From Lytechinus pictus (lineage: Eukaryota), in assembly GCF_037042905.1 (NCBI RefSeq), contig NC_087248.1, forward strand, positions 6,014,001 through 6,078,000: a stretch of 64,000 bases of DNA, in the 5' to 3' direction. The notes beneath the pieces are model-generated. The model was given only the letters and a program-made list of their open reading frames with translations, was not told the origin of the DNA and made no database searches. Position numbers and translations under genes: made by a program. Of this stretch, positions 24,966-38,500 are shown piece by piece; the first letter of the stretch is position 1, and every line of letters starts with the position of its first letter.

Positions 24966-25350
24966 CGTGTTTACACTTGATCGGCTTTTGGTTCAGAACC
25001 AAAAGCCGATGCAGAATCGGCTTTTGGTTTATCTTGCACTGCGTTTACACGCTGTTACAGCTCGCGGTTCAGAACCGCGAGCCGATGCAAAAACCCAAAG
25101 ACAACACTGTATCCGTGCGCTTACAATTACGTCAAAATGGTAAAGTAAATGAAATGCGCACCAATTGCCGATGCAGAATCGGCTTTCTGTTTACACGTAG
25201 TCAAAAAGCCGATTCTGCATCGGCTCGCAGTTCAGAACCTACTACTTTGGTGGTGCAAAATTGCCGGTTCTGAATCGCGAGCCGATGCAAGTTAATCGCG
25301 TTTACATGCTATGAGAAAGCCGATGCAAAAGCCGATTAAGTGTAAACACG
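24966..25350. mobile_element. MITE just downstream of the gene B stop codon
   Basis: TIRs cgtgtttacacttgatcggcttt / aaagccgattaagtgtaaacacg; internal gccgatgca and gttcagaacc repeats. Confidence 0.75.
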
Positions 25351-27929
25351 ATATGTATGTCATAGGAAATAATATTATAACTTGGGACGGACTGAATTAG
25401 GTTTCGCCGGTGTCACCGGGTATTACTCTATAAGAGAATAATCATTATCCCCAATAACATGTTATAATAATCAGATCATTCTACATTAAATTTTACTGGT
25501 CAGATGTCTAAATAATAAATACCATCATCCTTTGCCTTTGGGGTCCAAAATTTGTTTGCATTTATTCTTTGTTTCGTTTTCTAATTTCAAGGACAAGTCC
25601 ACCCCCCCCGCAAAAAAAGGAGAAAAATCCAGCAAGCATAAAACTGAAAATTTCATCAAAATCGCATGTAAAATAGGAAAGTTATGACCTTTTAAAATTT
25701 TGCTTAATTTCACAAATCAGTTATATGCACATCCTGGTCGGTACTGATGACTGAGGACTGATGACAGCACTCACTCACCCACTTTTTCGTTTGTATTTTA
25801 TTATATGAAATTAGAATATTATATTCTCCTCATTGGGAAATAAGCTTTCTTCCTCCATGAACATGGGGAATTACAATTGTTTTACCATTTTATGGTTCAG
25901 TCAAGCTGGTCCTTATTATCAAATCTGTAAAATTGAAATATTGTAGATTTCAAACAATAAAAACAAAAGAAATTGTGAGTGACAGACATCATCGACTGTC
26001 TCATTTACATGCCACTGAGTTGCGCATAACTGTTTTGTAAAAAAAGTGTCAAGTGTCATAATTTTCTTATTTTACATTCGATTTTGATGAAATTTTCAGC
26101 GTTATTCTTCTTTGATTTTTCTTCATTGATTGAAATAAAAAAAAATTATGGGATGGACTTGAGCTTTAACTCTTATGACACTCGATATATGCTGAAATGC
26201 TTTGTTAGATTTGATGAAAAGTTCTTGAAATAGCGGTTCATCCGGATACAAAATTAATGTGTCAAGATGTAATTTAAAAAAAATGTATTTCAGACATACG
26301 AAACTGAGAACCAAACGATTCATCATACGAACAATACAATGTTATTTTATCAGATACAAATGTTTGTTAATGTTAGTTCCTCTTATTTTCATTAATGCAA
26401 CTTATATTTTGTTTGCCAGATCACAGGTATATACATGTATAGTTGTATTTGTTTAGTTTCCAATAATGATCGGACCTTGTCTATATAATATCATTAGAAA
26501 AGTTGCTCTTGTGATCATGATGATTATAGGACGGTTATTTTTGTCGTTGTTAGCAAAGATCTTGACGACGACTACGATGATGATAAAGATGATAACAATG
26601 ATGATAACAATGATATAGATGGTCATCATGGTGTTNNNNNNNNNNNNNNNNNNNNNNNNNNNNNNNNNNNNNNNNNNNNNNNNNNNNNNNNNNNNNNNNN
26701 NNNNNNNNNNNNNNNNNNNNNNNNNNNNNNNNNNNNNNNNNNNNNNNNNNNNNNNNNNNNNNNNNNTTGTTATTGATGTTATTTTGTTCACTCGTCTTCC
26801 TCCTTACTTTTCATCCTTTCTTTCAGCTTCTTTTCCTTTTTTCCCTCTTTCTTTCCACTTTTTTCTCTTTTTTGTTTGTTCCGTCAATAGGGGGGGGCTC
26901 GCCACCCCCCCCCCCCCCCGATCTGCCTACGCATATCAATAATAATTGCGAATTTGTTATTTTTTTCATCCCTGGTATTCTTCAGCACCCACAGTAAGCA
27001 AACATAAATCTGACAATGTATACTATGAGCATTATGTTTGTAACAATGATTTGTTAAATTTCACTGGCGTATAGATGGGGGAGGCTTAATATAGCACCCG
27101 CCCTTTATAAACATATTTCCACGACCACGAGGAACTTGATTTGAGGAAAAAGAGGAAATTAACGAGAAAGGTAAAAGGTAGAAAAAATATTGAAAAAGTG
27201 CAAGGCTGATATCATTAATACAGTCATGTCAAAATGTATCACAAATATATATTTTGGTTCTAAAAGCGTCGAAATTCTATCTTGCCTGTGACTTTTAAAG
27301 AGATTTTGCCCTACATGCCATAGACCTATACTTTCCCTAAAAGATTTTGGCTCATTATGCCGCTGTTATACAATTCAATGGTTTATGACATCATCATGAC
27401 GCCTTCATCTTTAGACATAACATGCACACATTTGTATTATTTTTTTTTCTTTGTATGAATTCATGTAAAAAAAATATGTACACATTTGGGAGATGGTAGA
27501 AAATAAGGGTTTATTTGAATTGCATTGAATTGAATTGAATTTAATTTAATTCAATGACGTTGGATGTTTGCCCTGTTGCAAAGAGTAAATAGCGAGTTGG
27601 TTTTCCCCACTTGTTTAAAGGGGAAATGTATACAGTTAGTTGACTATAATCATGATAATAAAAAAAGTGCATTAAAACAATTTAGTTACAACGATTTGAA
27701 TTGTGAATCTGTTTTAAACCGGGATAAGTAACATAACAAGGTCATTATGCGAATGGGTTACCCGATAATTGATCGTGCCAAAGGATTATTTTTTAACATA
27801 TGATTATCATACTATGCCCTCAAAAGTTTACACTTTGTCGCTGTGTCGCCAATAGTAGTATAAGTATATATTAGTATTTATTTATTGTCAAAAAATGGAA
27901 ATTCTTCTTGTTTACATGCTGTGCAACAA

Positions 27930-28261
27930 AATAAGGACAACAAATTATGTAAATTCATACACAATGAATTCTACATTTGGAACATGACAATAAATATAAT
28001 AATACTTACACTGAAATGTTCATGTATGTTGGGTCAGGTTTATTATTTACTTTGTAATTAAATCAATCCAATAATGTCTTTCTTTAATAACTCCCAAATT
28101 TCAGATAATTGCAATAAACTTACCTAATGCCTTTCTTAATTAAAAACACTGCTATGACTTATTATGTAAGTATTATTATGTTTATTGTCATGTTCCAAAT
28201 GTATAGATTATATTGTTCTTGTTCATTGTGTATGAATTTATATAATTTGTTGTCTTTATTT
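27930..28261. repeat. AT-rich foldback (inverted repeat, ~80-nt arms)
   Basis: acaacaaattatgtaaattcatacacaatgaa..ttggaacatgacaataaa..atacttaca is mirrored by tgtaagtat..tttattgtcatgttccaa..ttcattgtgtatgaattta.ataatttgttgt. Confidence 0.65.
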
Positions 28262-29000
28262 GTCTCTCTTTCTGTTATTGAAATAAACAATTCATCGTCA
28301 GGATGAACTCCCCTTTAAAAATAATCCAGACATAATTTAAGACATAGGCCCTATTCCAATGTACTGTGTATTTATTAATCGTTTATTCATTAGAATGTAT
28401 TTAACCATGCAGGTACAGAATATCAGCAAAAAGGTTGTTTTCACCAATCCCCTGATTATGCTGGTGAAGAAAAAATATCACAGCATAGTAAATATCCTAA
28501 ATCACCGAAAAGATTCATCTGATTGATGTGTAGACATAAGAAAACGTTCTTCATTCCACAATCACGAAAATTTACCTCTTTTTTTTTAAAGCTATCGCTT
28601 GTTAGGCTGCAAAATTTGTCAGACCGTATTAGTAACATCTACAGTTACAACTATGACGGTCTGACGAAGCTTGCAGCCTACAAGCGAAAGCTTACCGAAA
28701 CACAGGTAAATTTCCGTGATTGAGGAATAAAAAACGTTTTCTCATAGTTGATATTTTGTTTGTAATGAAAAGGTGTACGCCCTAGCCACTCGCTAACACG
28801 AATAAGACATCTTTACAGTTATAAACTTCAATATTTCCCAGACTTTCTAACAAAATTTGTAAACTGTATTTTCTTATGCTAAATAGGGCGTAGTGAGTCC
28901 TCTTATTAAGTAGGCCACCTCTGTACTGGACGAAAATTGACAAAACTACATTGAGCAGTTGCCCCTTTAAACACCTTTGAATTCCTTTTCCTGTCACTTA

Positions 29001-29162
29001 TACCTTGGTCACATTTGCTCTACGGCGGCCGTACGGCGAGTTGAAAACAGCCGTTTTAACATTTTTTGTACCAGCTGTATATAGGTGGTTTGAATCAAAA
29101 TTAATAAAACGGCTGTTTTTGACTCGCCGTACGGCCGCCGTAGAGCAAATGTGACCAAGGTA
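29001..29162. mobile_element. Tourist/PIF-Harbinger-like palindromic MITE
   Basis: Near-perfect ~55-bp TIRs (taccttggtcacatttgctctacggcggccgtacggcgag...) with a TTA duplication on both sides. Confidence 0.85.
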
Positions 29163-32109
29163 TTACTGGGGATTCCCAAAGACGATACCATTTTAATAAC
29201 CGGTGAAGCATGATCCAAATGAGGGATTTTTTTAGGAAGAATATCGATTTGTCTGCTTTAACTCCATTGAAAATTGGATACTGAAAAAAAATAGATATCC
29301 TCAAATTAAATTTGTAAGTGACTTAACTTCAGCGTTCATTTGAAACCACACAATTATCGTTTCGAAAAAAATTACTTCCCTCCTCCGTTGATACTGTAAG
29401 CCTACTAAGCACGCATGCGCATGTATCATTCCAGATATTATTGGTATATCACTATCAGCTTTTGTAAAGATCACCTTCTTTGATTGTTGGCTTGATGTGG
29501 AACATGTTGAAAGAGAACCATCTTGTTACTGTCTTCTACACCTGAAGGTGATTGATCTCTCCACAAAATGGACTACACAGTATTACCAGAGTGATAGGGT
29601 GAGTACACTCCCCTCCCCTCTCCCCCCTCTCTCCCCCTTCTCTCCTCCTCTAATCTCTCTCTCTCGCCCTCTCTCTCCCTTTAACACTTCCATATACTGA
29701 TCTGATTTCGTTCTTCCAGAAAAGGCTCTCTCACACGATCACTTATTTTATTTTTAAGCGCTTAGAGACATGTTTTGCGATAAGCGCTACACAAAAAATA
29801 TCATTATCATTTATATAAAATTCCGTCCTTATTAGTTTACGGACGGAATCACGGAATACGCATGGAGGTGATGTTGAAAAGCTTTTCAGGGCTCAAAGTT
29901 AATCTGAATTTCTTTACATGTAGCTTAGAGTTTGACATTTAATGATACACTTGGGATAACATTTCAAAATAGTTTAAATTTTCAATGCGATATATGCAAT
30001 TTTGACATTCATTATATCCCTGTTGAAGTTACATTGTATTGGAAACAATATTGAAAATGCACCCAATTATAATTGATGCGTCAAGTATGAGAGAACATTA
30101 TACAGTGCGTATAAAAAACGGGACATTTTTTAAAAGTCTATCAAAATTTGTTTCAAGTTATGATGTCTATATTTTGATGTTAATAGATGCTCTGAAGTCT
30201 TATCCTCCAAACGCCATTCAAAAAATAAGTTTCGTTCATGCTTGAGTGAACATGGAACATTATTGTCAGGGGTCCCCCAAAAAGGCTTGCGCGAAGTGGC
30301 AGAAAATGATAATATATGGACGATCATACATTTTGTTTATCAGCAGTCTTCAGTAGACATTTCCATTGTCTTTACCGGCATTTTCGAATTATGCTTTCAA
30401 ATCCATTTACAAAGCATTGATTTATTTGAATTGTTTGTTGTTGATTTTTTTTTCATTTAAATGTGTTATCTTTTAGCATTCGTAAGTAAGAAAAAGAAAT
30501 ATCAACTCATGCAAAGAGATACAGAATAAAGTTTCATCGTAAGCCTGCAGACTCATGCATATAGCATGACACTTATTTCATGCCCCCCCCCCCTTGAGCA
30601 GATACTATGCCAACATTTGCTTGTAAATATAAAGCGGAAGAACAGCATTTGGGGACTAGGGGAGTGACGGTAGTGTTTACCCCCGCCCCGAACAGAAAAG
30701 CCGAATTTGTGTGTTAATGCAATAATGAGAAAAATATTTTTCATACTCTTTACACCCAGTCATAAATACTTTATAATATCTGGTGAGAATATACGGTTCC
30801 CATAGCCGGGGAGGGGGAAAACGGAGTCGAAAAAAGGTGTGGGGAAGAAAGGGGAAATGCACTGTTTTCCCCCGCGCGGAGTGCTGAAGCAAAGGTTTGT
30901 ATGAAGAGAGAGAAGAACGTCTCGTTTACATTTTTTTGGCAAAAAAAATAAAAAAAATAATAAAGCTATTCTCTTCTTCCCTTTTCTCTCTCCGTTTCTT
31001 TTCCTTCCTTTTTTTTTCTTTATGGGGGCGTTTTTGTGGGAGAGCGACCACCCCCCCCCCCCCCCCTTGGCTACGCGGCTAATTGAATCATCTAGCTAGA
31101 CAGATCTCTTAGAAGTACATGTAAATGTAAACGCATGTTGAGAAAAAAAAACTGAAGTTTCCCTTCCTTTATGTAGCACTGATGGGTCAGAGCACTTTCA
31201 TGATTTGAATAATTTAAGGGCCTTTTCACACGTGGGAAGATCTGTCTAGCTATAGGGATGTAATAAGCTATAGATATGTATATTTAAAAAGGGACAACTC
31301 AATAAAGGGCCTTTTCTCACGTGAATCTTGAATCATCATTGTATTGATTGCAATTCGTCTTAAGAATCATCGGACCTTTCACATGCTCACTCGAAAGCTG
31401 CGATTTGAATTCGAATTCCCGAGCGAATTGAATTCGTGATTGTGATTAGCGTTCATTTCATACATTAAAACCTTATACATCCGGGAATATCAATTGTTAT
31501 TTCGCAATTTTCTTCTAAGCTTCATGATGGTGTTCATTCATTCCCTGTCATGACTACTCATCATCACAAATAGTTATTAATAATAATAACATTTTATTTA
31601 CCCAGGGTAGCCACCTCAGTTAGAAAACTGCTCTTCCAGCGGGCCCTGCTTAACATAATATAACCAATATGAAACGATTTGGGAGCAACTGGGATGATCC
31701 TTGTGCTTGAAATGGCAATATAAAAATCAAGTATTTCTGGGGGGTTGTTTAAAATTGAGGCGAGACTTTGAAAAAGTCAGATACAATCATGTAGCCTGAT
31801 TCGAAGAAATGTAATAATAAGGGAAAAAACGGGGGCAACGACAAAAATGTTGTAAGAAAAACCAATTCGAGAAGTACGTAGGGATAAACTCGTCCAGATC
31901 ACCTCCCCTCGACCCCAAACCCTTCATATTTCTCATAACTTAAGATATTTAAATTTTATTAGGACGAATCCTATACTTTCAGTGAACAAGTCTAATAGAC
32001 ATTGAAATATATAACTTTATCACTGGATTTCACAGATATAAGAAGCCAAGGCAATCATGGCGGGGGCAAGAGCAGATAGCAGTAAGTGAAAATTATTTAT
32101 TTTTACATG

Positions 32110-32585
32110 TGATGATGATCATGATCATGATGATAATGATTGTGGGGATGATGCTAATGATATTGATGATGATGATGATGATGATGATTCTAATGATGAT
32201 GATGACGAGGATAACAATGATGGTGATGATGGTGATGATGATTATTATGAAGATGATGATTTAATGATGATNNNNNNNNNNNNNNNNNNNNNNNNNNNNN
32301 NNNNNNNNNNNNNNNNNNNNNNNNNNNNNNNNNNNNNNNNNNNNNNNNNNNNNNNNNNNNNNNNNNNNNNNNNNNNNNNNNNNNNNNNNNNNNNNNNNNN
32401 NATGATGATTATTATTATGATGATGATGATTGTTATTATTATGTTGTTCATGATAATGAAGATGATGATGGTGATGATCATGATGATGATTACGATAATT
32501 ATGATGGTGATGATGATGATACATGATGATACATGATGATAATGATGATGGTGGTGGTGGTGGTGGTGATGATTATGATGATGAT
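32110..32585. repeat. (GAT)n microsatellite spanning an assembly gap
   Basis: Visible trinucleotide repeat on both sides of the N run. Confidence 0.9.
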
Positions 32586-32650
32586 ACGTATTAACTGGCA
32601 TATTCTAGAATAATTTCAGAGGTAGCCAAAGCTTGTGGATGGGATCTGAA

Positions 32651-33167
32651 CCCGGGGGGGGGGGCACTCAGTATATATTGCATAGTGGGTATGTGCCGCG
32701 GAGGGGACCCCCATTTTTACACTCAAATTTCCGTTCCGAGGCATAGCATTTTTGTCTTATTGAGAAAAAGAACAAAGAAAGTCGCTCCAGAGCATAGCAT
32801 TTTCTTCTTCTCGAGAAAAAAAGAAGAAAAAATCCGCTCCAGGACTTCGCATATTTTCCGTAACGCCGTTCCGGTCGCAATTTTGGTGAAAAGCGGCCGC
32901 AGCTCGCTGTCCGAACATCGCCTCTGCGCTAGCGCGCCCGTCAGTCGTGCCGCCGTGCTAGCTGCATGTACGTTAATAAGGATGCATACGCACTCGCACG
33001 CAGGCGACCCGTTCCAAGGACCCCCGTTTTCACAAACATTTGTAGTTCCGAAGCCCGTTCCGAGGACCCTCCTTTTTACAATGAGCCCGCTCCAAGGCCC
33101 CCGTTTTTTGTCTCGCCCGCGGCACACCCCTTCCACTTTTTTGGTCGAGTGCCCCCCCCCCCCCGGG
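32651..33167. mobile_element. Non-autonomous DNA transposon with CCCGGGG(n)GCACT termini
   Basis: TIR cccggggggggggggcactc / gagtgcccccccccccccggg; perfect 8-bp target duplication GATCTGAA. Confidence 0.85.
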
Positions 33168-33406
33168 GATCTGAAGTTCTTTGTCAGTGACATTCACCTA
33201 CAAAACCATCCTCAGCTGCAGCATGGGATACGAGGGTTTTAGTACAGCTTATACTAGTAACTGTCATTAAATATCACTCACAACCCGCTTCTTGAAACAC
33301 CCTCAGCAGAAAATAGAATATGCGATTTCTACAAGTACAATATGGATATTATTTGATGTTGTTGGGGAAGAAATCCATGCACGAGTGTCGAGATTCCTGC
33401 TTTGAA

Positions 33407-33945
33407 CCCGGGGGAGGGGGGGGGCACTTCCATTGAAGAGTGGATACCACGCGCGACTCCAAAGAAACGCGGGAAAAAAATATCTTTTCAAGATACGGCA
33501 ACGTAATAAGGGTGTCAAAACACTAAAATACTGAAAAGAAAAAGGGTATAATAATAGTCGCTAAGAATGCTATACGTGTTTACGATCAAATTTGCGAGGG
33601 TATAAGACAGACTAAAATTGTTTATAAAGGATATACTTTTTGCCCCAACACAGTTACGAGTCCGATTTCAGCGAGGTGAATGTAAGTAAAGGTAAAGCCG
33701 CAATCCATAATCACGTCCGTGACATCATTAAAATATCGATGCTGTTTTATATTTGTTTAGGGATCAATATTAAGGGAATATTAAATTATTTTGTCAAGGG
33801 TACCGTTTTGTTTCAAATACTTATCAAGCATGTTAAGGGGATGGTTTCACATATGTAAAATACTTGTTTAGGGTGCTTTTCGAAACCCAATGGTCGCGCC
33901 TGGTATCCACATGTCAGTGGAAGCCCCCCCCCCCCCCCCCCCCCG
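33407..33945. mobile_element. Second CCCGGGG-ended non-autonomous DNA transposon
   Basis: TIR cccggggg..gcacttcca....gtggatacca / tggtatccac....tggaagcccc..ccg; 8-bp duplication GCTTTGAA/GCTATGAA. Confidence 0.7.
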
Positions 33946-35562
33946 GCTATGAACATGATTGATAACAACTATCTACTAATTGAATTTGTATATTGGAATT
34001 ACTCGAAATGTGTTGATTAAGCTTCTCAAATATTATCTGTTTTATGAATATATACATTACCATAACTGTTTGCATAATATGAAACGACCGACAGGCCTTG
34101 ACACGCTTAATGTTCGCTCCCGTTCCACCCTAACCTTAAGTCTTTACCAGTGAATAACGATTTTCCTAAATCAGAAGCTTCCCTATAAGCTTTAATCATA
34201 TAATAGTTTTAAATTATGATTAAACACTTTCTTATAGAAAGTTGTCTTTCTACAGGCTAATTGAAGAAAGCTGCACTGAAATAATGAACATTCAAAGTTA
34301 AGAAGGTGCAAGTATATAAAAGTGTGAAAAGTTTTTATTCTCTAGATAAACAAATGAAATTATAAAATGCCTGCATAAGCCTCAATATATGTATAATTGA
34401 GAATTAACTAAAATTCAAGTTTACATTAACATCACGATTACCAAAGAAAGGGCATTTTTTTCAAAATCATCGATCTGCAAAATGGCGAAATACATGTCTC
34501 TAACTTAAATAAGCACAGAATATCGTTGACCATATGCATAAAAGAACATTTTTGGCACATTAATCCATGCAACGCATTAATATTCTCATAAAGATTACTT
34601 TGAATTAATCTTGTTGTCGTTGTCAGGAGCATAGGATGGCATTTGTTAGAATATGAAAATATAAGCAAAAAAAAAAAACATTCTCTACATAAAAATGGCG
34701 TAACCTTTTGACTAAAATGTTTTGAGAAATATAACTTGGTCGAAGTTTTCTACATTATTTATTGTCAACCCTTCATCTTAAAATATATTGACCTATCAAG
34801 TCATGTCTGAAGGAGATTTTCGAAGTTTAAAGACGAGAATTTTAACACCATTACATAATAAAGAATAAATTTCAGTATTTCTTTTCGTTTAGTTCAATGT
34901 GTGCTCACATTACCGTACAATTAAAATTTTAATAAATACAATACAATTGAAATTTTATTACAATTGTTTGGTACATAGTATAGCTAAATCGATTTAACAA
35001 TACAGGGTACTCGATGGATAAATTATATCAAGTTTAGTATAAGGAAAAAAAGAGTTATGACAGATATTAAAGTCAGAAGTGAAGTCACTATATGAATTCT
35101 TATTTTTCTCATTTAATACCATCATATACTTTGAATAAGAATTAGTTGCAATATATGTTGATCAATATTGTATTCCACTTTAAAAAATTGTTAAAAATCA
35201 ACCACAATTGTGGTTAATTCTTCTAACACATTTTGGTCAGACATAATTCAACAGCACATCCTCCTACCTCTGTGTTTTGATCAATCGGTTTTTGTTATGA
35301 TTGTTAGGTCAAGAAGGTACTTAAAAATATGATTCTCATAGCGATTTTTCGTGAGTTTGCAATGCATAATATCGCGAGTGACCATTACCTCTTCCACCAA
35401 CATACCTCCGGAATGCATCGTACAGGCAGGAGAAGAAGATAGCTTAGTCACAACGCTTCAACAGTTCAAAGAATCCGTAATTCCATATTGCTAAGGCGCA
35501 TGATTATTGTAACCTGTCATCGAATGGCATCGACTATACGAAACTTCAACGAGTTCATTTCG

Positions 35563-38500
35563 TCATACGCCCTCAGGGCATATTCCCTGAAACTGCAATG
35601 TTCTTGTGAGAGGGCAAGGGCTCACGAAGAGAAGGAAGAGGAAGACGATGATGATGACGGCGCCGCTGATGAGAGCGAGAGTGCCCCAATTCCGCGCAGA
35701 TGTTGAAGACTTTTGCGCTCCTTCGTAATCACCTGCTTCGAATTTGACGGGAACCTAAGGATCGAAGTAAAGTAAAAGGTGAAACACGAATGGTGCAATT
35801 CAGACATAATTTAATCCGAAGTATCAGAATTCTTCTACAAAATTATTTGCAAAGATTTTTTTTACAACTTGAGAGCCAACATGACCGAGATGAGGTTATT
35901 CATTAATATGTCTCATTAAAGATGCACTTGACAAGGGGATCGTAACGATTTTCGAAATAGGATCAGACTCGAAAGTTATGAAGTATTGATAATCATATCC
36001 ATGATAAGCGCTCAGTTGAATCGAGACAGATACGGCCAATAGATGGCGTAGTCGATTACGTCAGTATATCATGGATTGAGTATGCCCACCGTCGTTCGTT
36101 AACTCAGTTCAAGTGAAAGACATGTACCTGTACTCATACTTGCTTGGTGAGAAAGTTCTAATAAGCCATGGTAGTAAACAATAAAAAAAAAACCTAACCC
36201 ATCCTATGTTTCTTGAGTGGCTCTGAAGCGTTGGTTTTTTTTCATATATTTACCATTTGATGATAGAGAGTAAATTATGTTCACATGCACTGGCAAGGGA
36301 TGGCGCCAAAAAAAAAGTAACAGGGGAGCAACCACCCCTCCCCTGCATGTGATTTTCAAATGAACCCCTAAAAATAAGAAAAGAGAGGGCTAGTTTGAGA
36401 AAAATACAGCGTTTCCCCAAACAAATATCCTGCATGCACATCAAGCCATTAGAAGAGTCGATATCAATTAGGTTTAAATCTAACATTTTTAAAATACTTA
36501 ATTTTTGTCTCGCCTGCATAGCAGAGCGAGACTATAGGCGCCGCTTTTCCGACGGCGGCGGAGGCGGCGTCAACATCAAATCTTAACCTAAGGTTAAGTT
36601 TTTGAAATGACATCATAACTTAGAAAGTATATGGACCTAGTTCATGAAACTTGGACATAAGGTTAATCAAGTATTACTGAACATCCTGCCCGAGTTTCAG
36701 GTCACATGACCAAGGTCAAAGGTCATTTAGGGTCAATGAACTTTGGTCAAGTTGGGGGTATTTGTTGAATTACTATCATAACTTTGAAAATTTATGGATC
36801 TAGTCCATGAAACTTGGACATAAGGTTAATCAAGTATTAGTATACATCCTGCTTGAGTTTCAGGTCACCTGACCAAGGTCAAAGGTCATTTAGGGTCAAT
36901 GAACTTTGGTCAAGTTGGGGGTATTTGTTGAATTACTATCATAACTTTGAAAATTTATGGATCTAGTCCATGAAACTTGGACATAAGGTTAATCAAGTAT
37001 TAGTTAACATCCTGCCTGAGTTTCAGGTCACATGACCAAGGTCAAAGGTCATTTAGGGTCAATGAACTTTGGCCAAGTTGGGGGTATTTGCTGAATTACC
37101 ATCATAACTTTGAAAATTTATGGATCTAGTTCATGAAACTTGGACATTAGGTTAATCAAGTACCACTGAATATCCTGTGCGAGTTTCAGGTCACATGACC
37201 ATGGTCAAAGGTCATTTAAGGTCAATGAACTTTGGCCGTGTTGGGGGTATTTGTTGAATTATCATCCTAACTCTGAAAGTTTATGGATCTAGTTCATAAA
37301 ACTTGGGATATAAGAGTAATCAAGCATCACTGAACATCCCCTGTGAGTTTCAGGTCACAAAACCAAGTCAAAGGTCAGTTAAGGTCAATAAACTTAGGCC
37401 ATGTTGGGGTAATTGTTGAAGTGCCATCATAACTTTGAAAGTTTATGGATAGAGTGAATGAAATGTGGACATGGGTGTAGTTGACAGTCTTAAGTCTCCG
37501 TTCAAATGCCATTTATGGTCAATGAACGTGGTATTATGTCATTATATGAATGATGTTTTTGTAAATGATTATTTTATAGTAGTTTTCAAAGTTAGCACTG
37601 CTGCTATATTAAATTGCGTAATGCAGGCGAGACTGCCAGAGGCGTTCCACTTGTTATAAAAGAGGAGACAACGTGACTTTTTTTCATCCAACTTACCTCT
37701 TTAGATCGTATCAAAGAGAAAATTCCAAAGATGAAACAAAAGGCCATTCCCACGAAGGAGTACCACATATAGTCATTGGGTCGAATTGGTCTCTCAACTA
37801 CCTTCTGTGTGTTCGGAGTTTCGTGATCTTCGGGCTTTATTCAGAAAAAAAAATGAAAAAGACATGGGGGTCAGAAGGAGAGGGAGTGAGAGGGGAGTGG
37901 GCAAGAGATCGGATAGAAATCAAAAGGTCAATGAAAAAACGCAAGGGAAATGCAGGATTAGACACAACATTGGACGAGAGAAAGAGAGAGAGAAAAAAAA
38001 AAACACTGATGAGTACATAGGATCAAAGATTTGTAATGATGAAATATTCTAATATCACAAATCGACAAAGGCTGACATGCTTTAATACCAGTGCAAACAT
38101 ATTTAAGTCCGGTAAATAAATCATAAAAGTTGTTTGCGTTATCCAAACAAAAAGGGTCCACTGATGTTCAGTATGTTTAGTGAGTTACAGAAATAGGATA
38201 TTTCGACATTGTCATTCCTTTCGCTTTGTGCATCCCAAGAGTATTTGCTTAAAATCGACAGTTTGCTTTATATGTGAAATACAGTGTACGTGTACAGTAT
38301 GTAAATAAATGTGTTAAAATGTGTTAGCAATGCAGGCAACCTCCTTTGCGAGTACATGGAAACACAATCTACCGTAGTATAATATATGTAAATTATTTGT
38401 CTTTTACTTATTTTCCCAATTTAATTGTTATTACGTTTTATCACTTGAATTCCCAGGAGAATGTTAGGTGTTCGTGATCGAAAACCTTCTTTTGGCCTAA

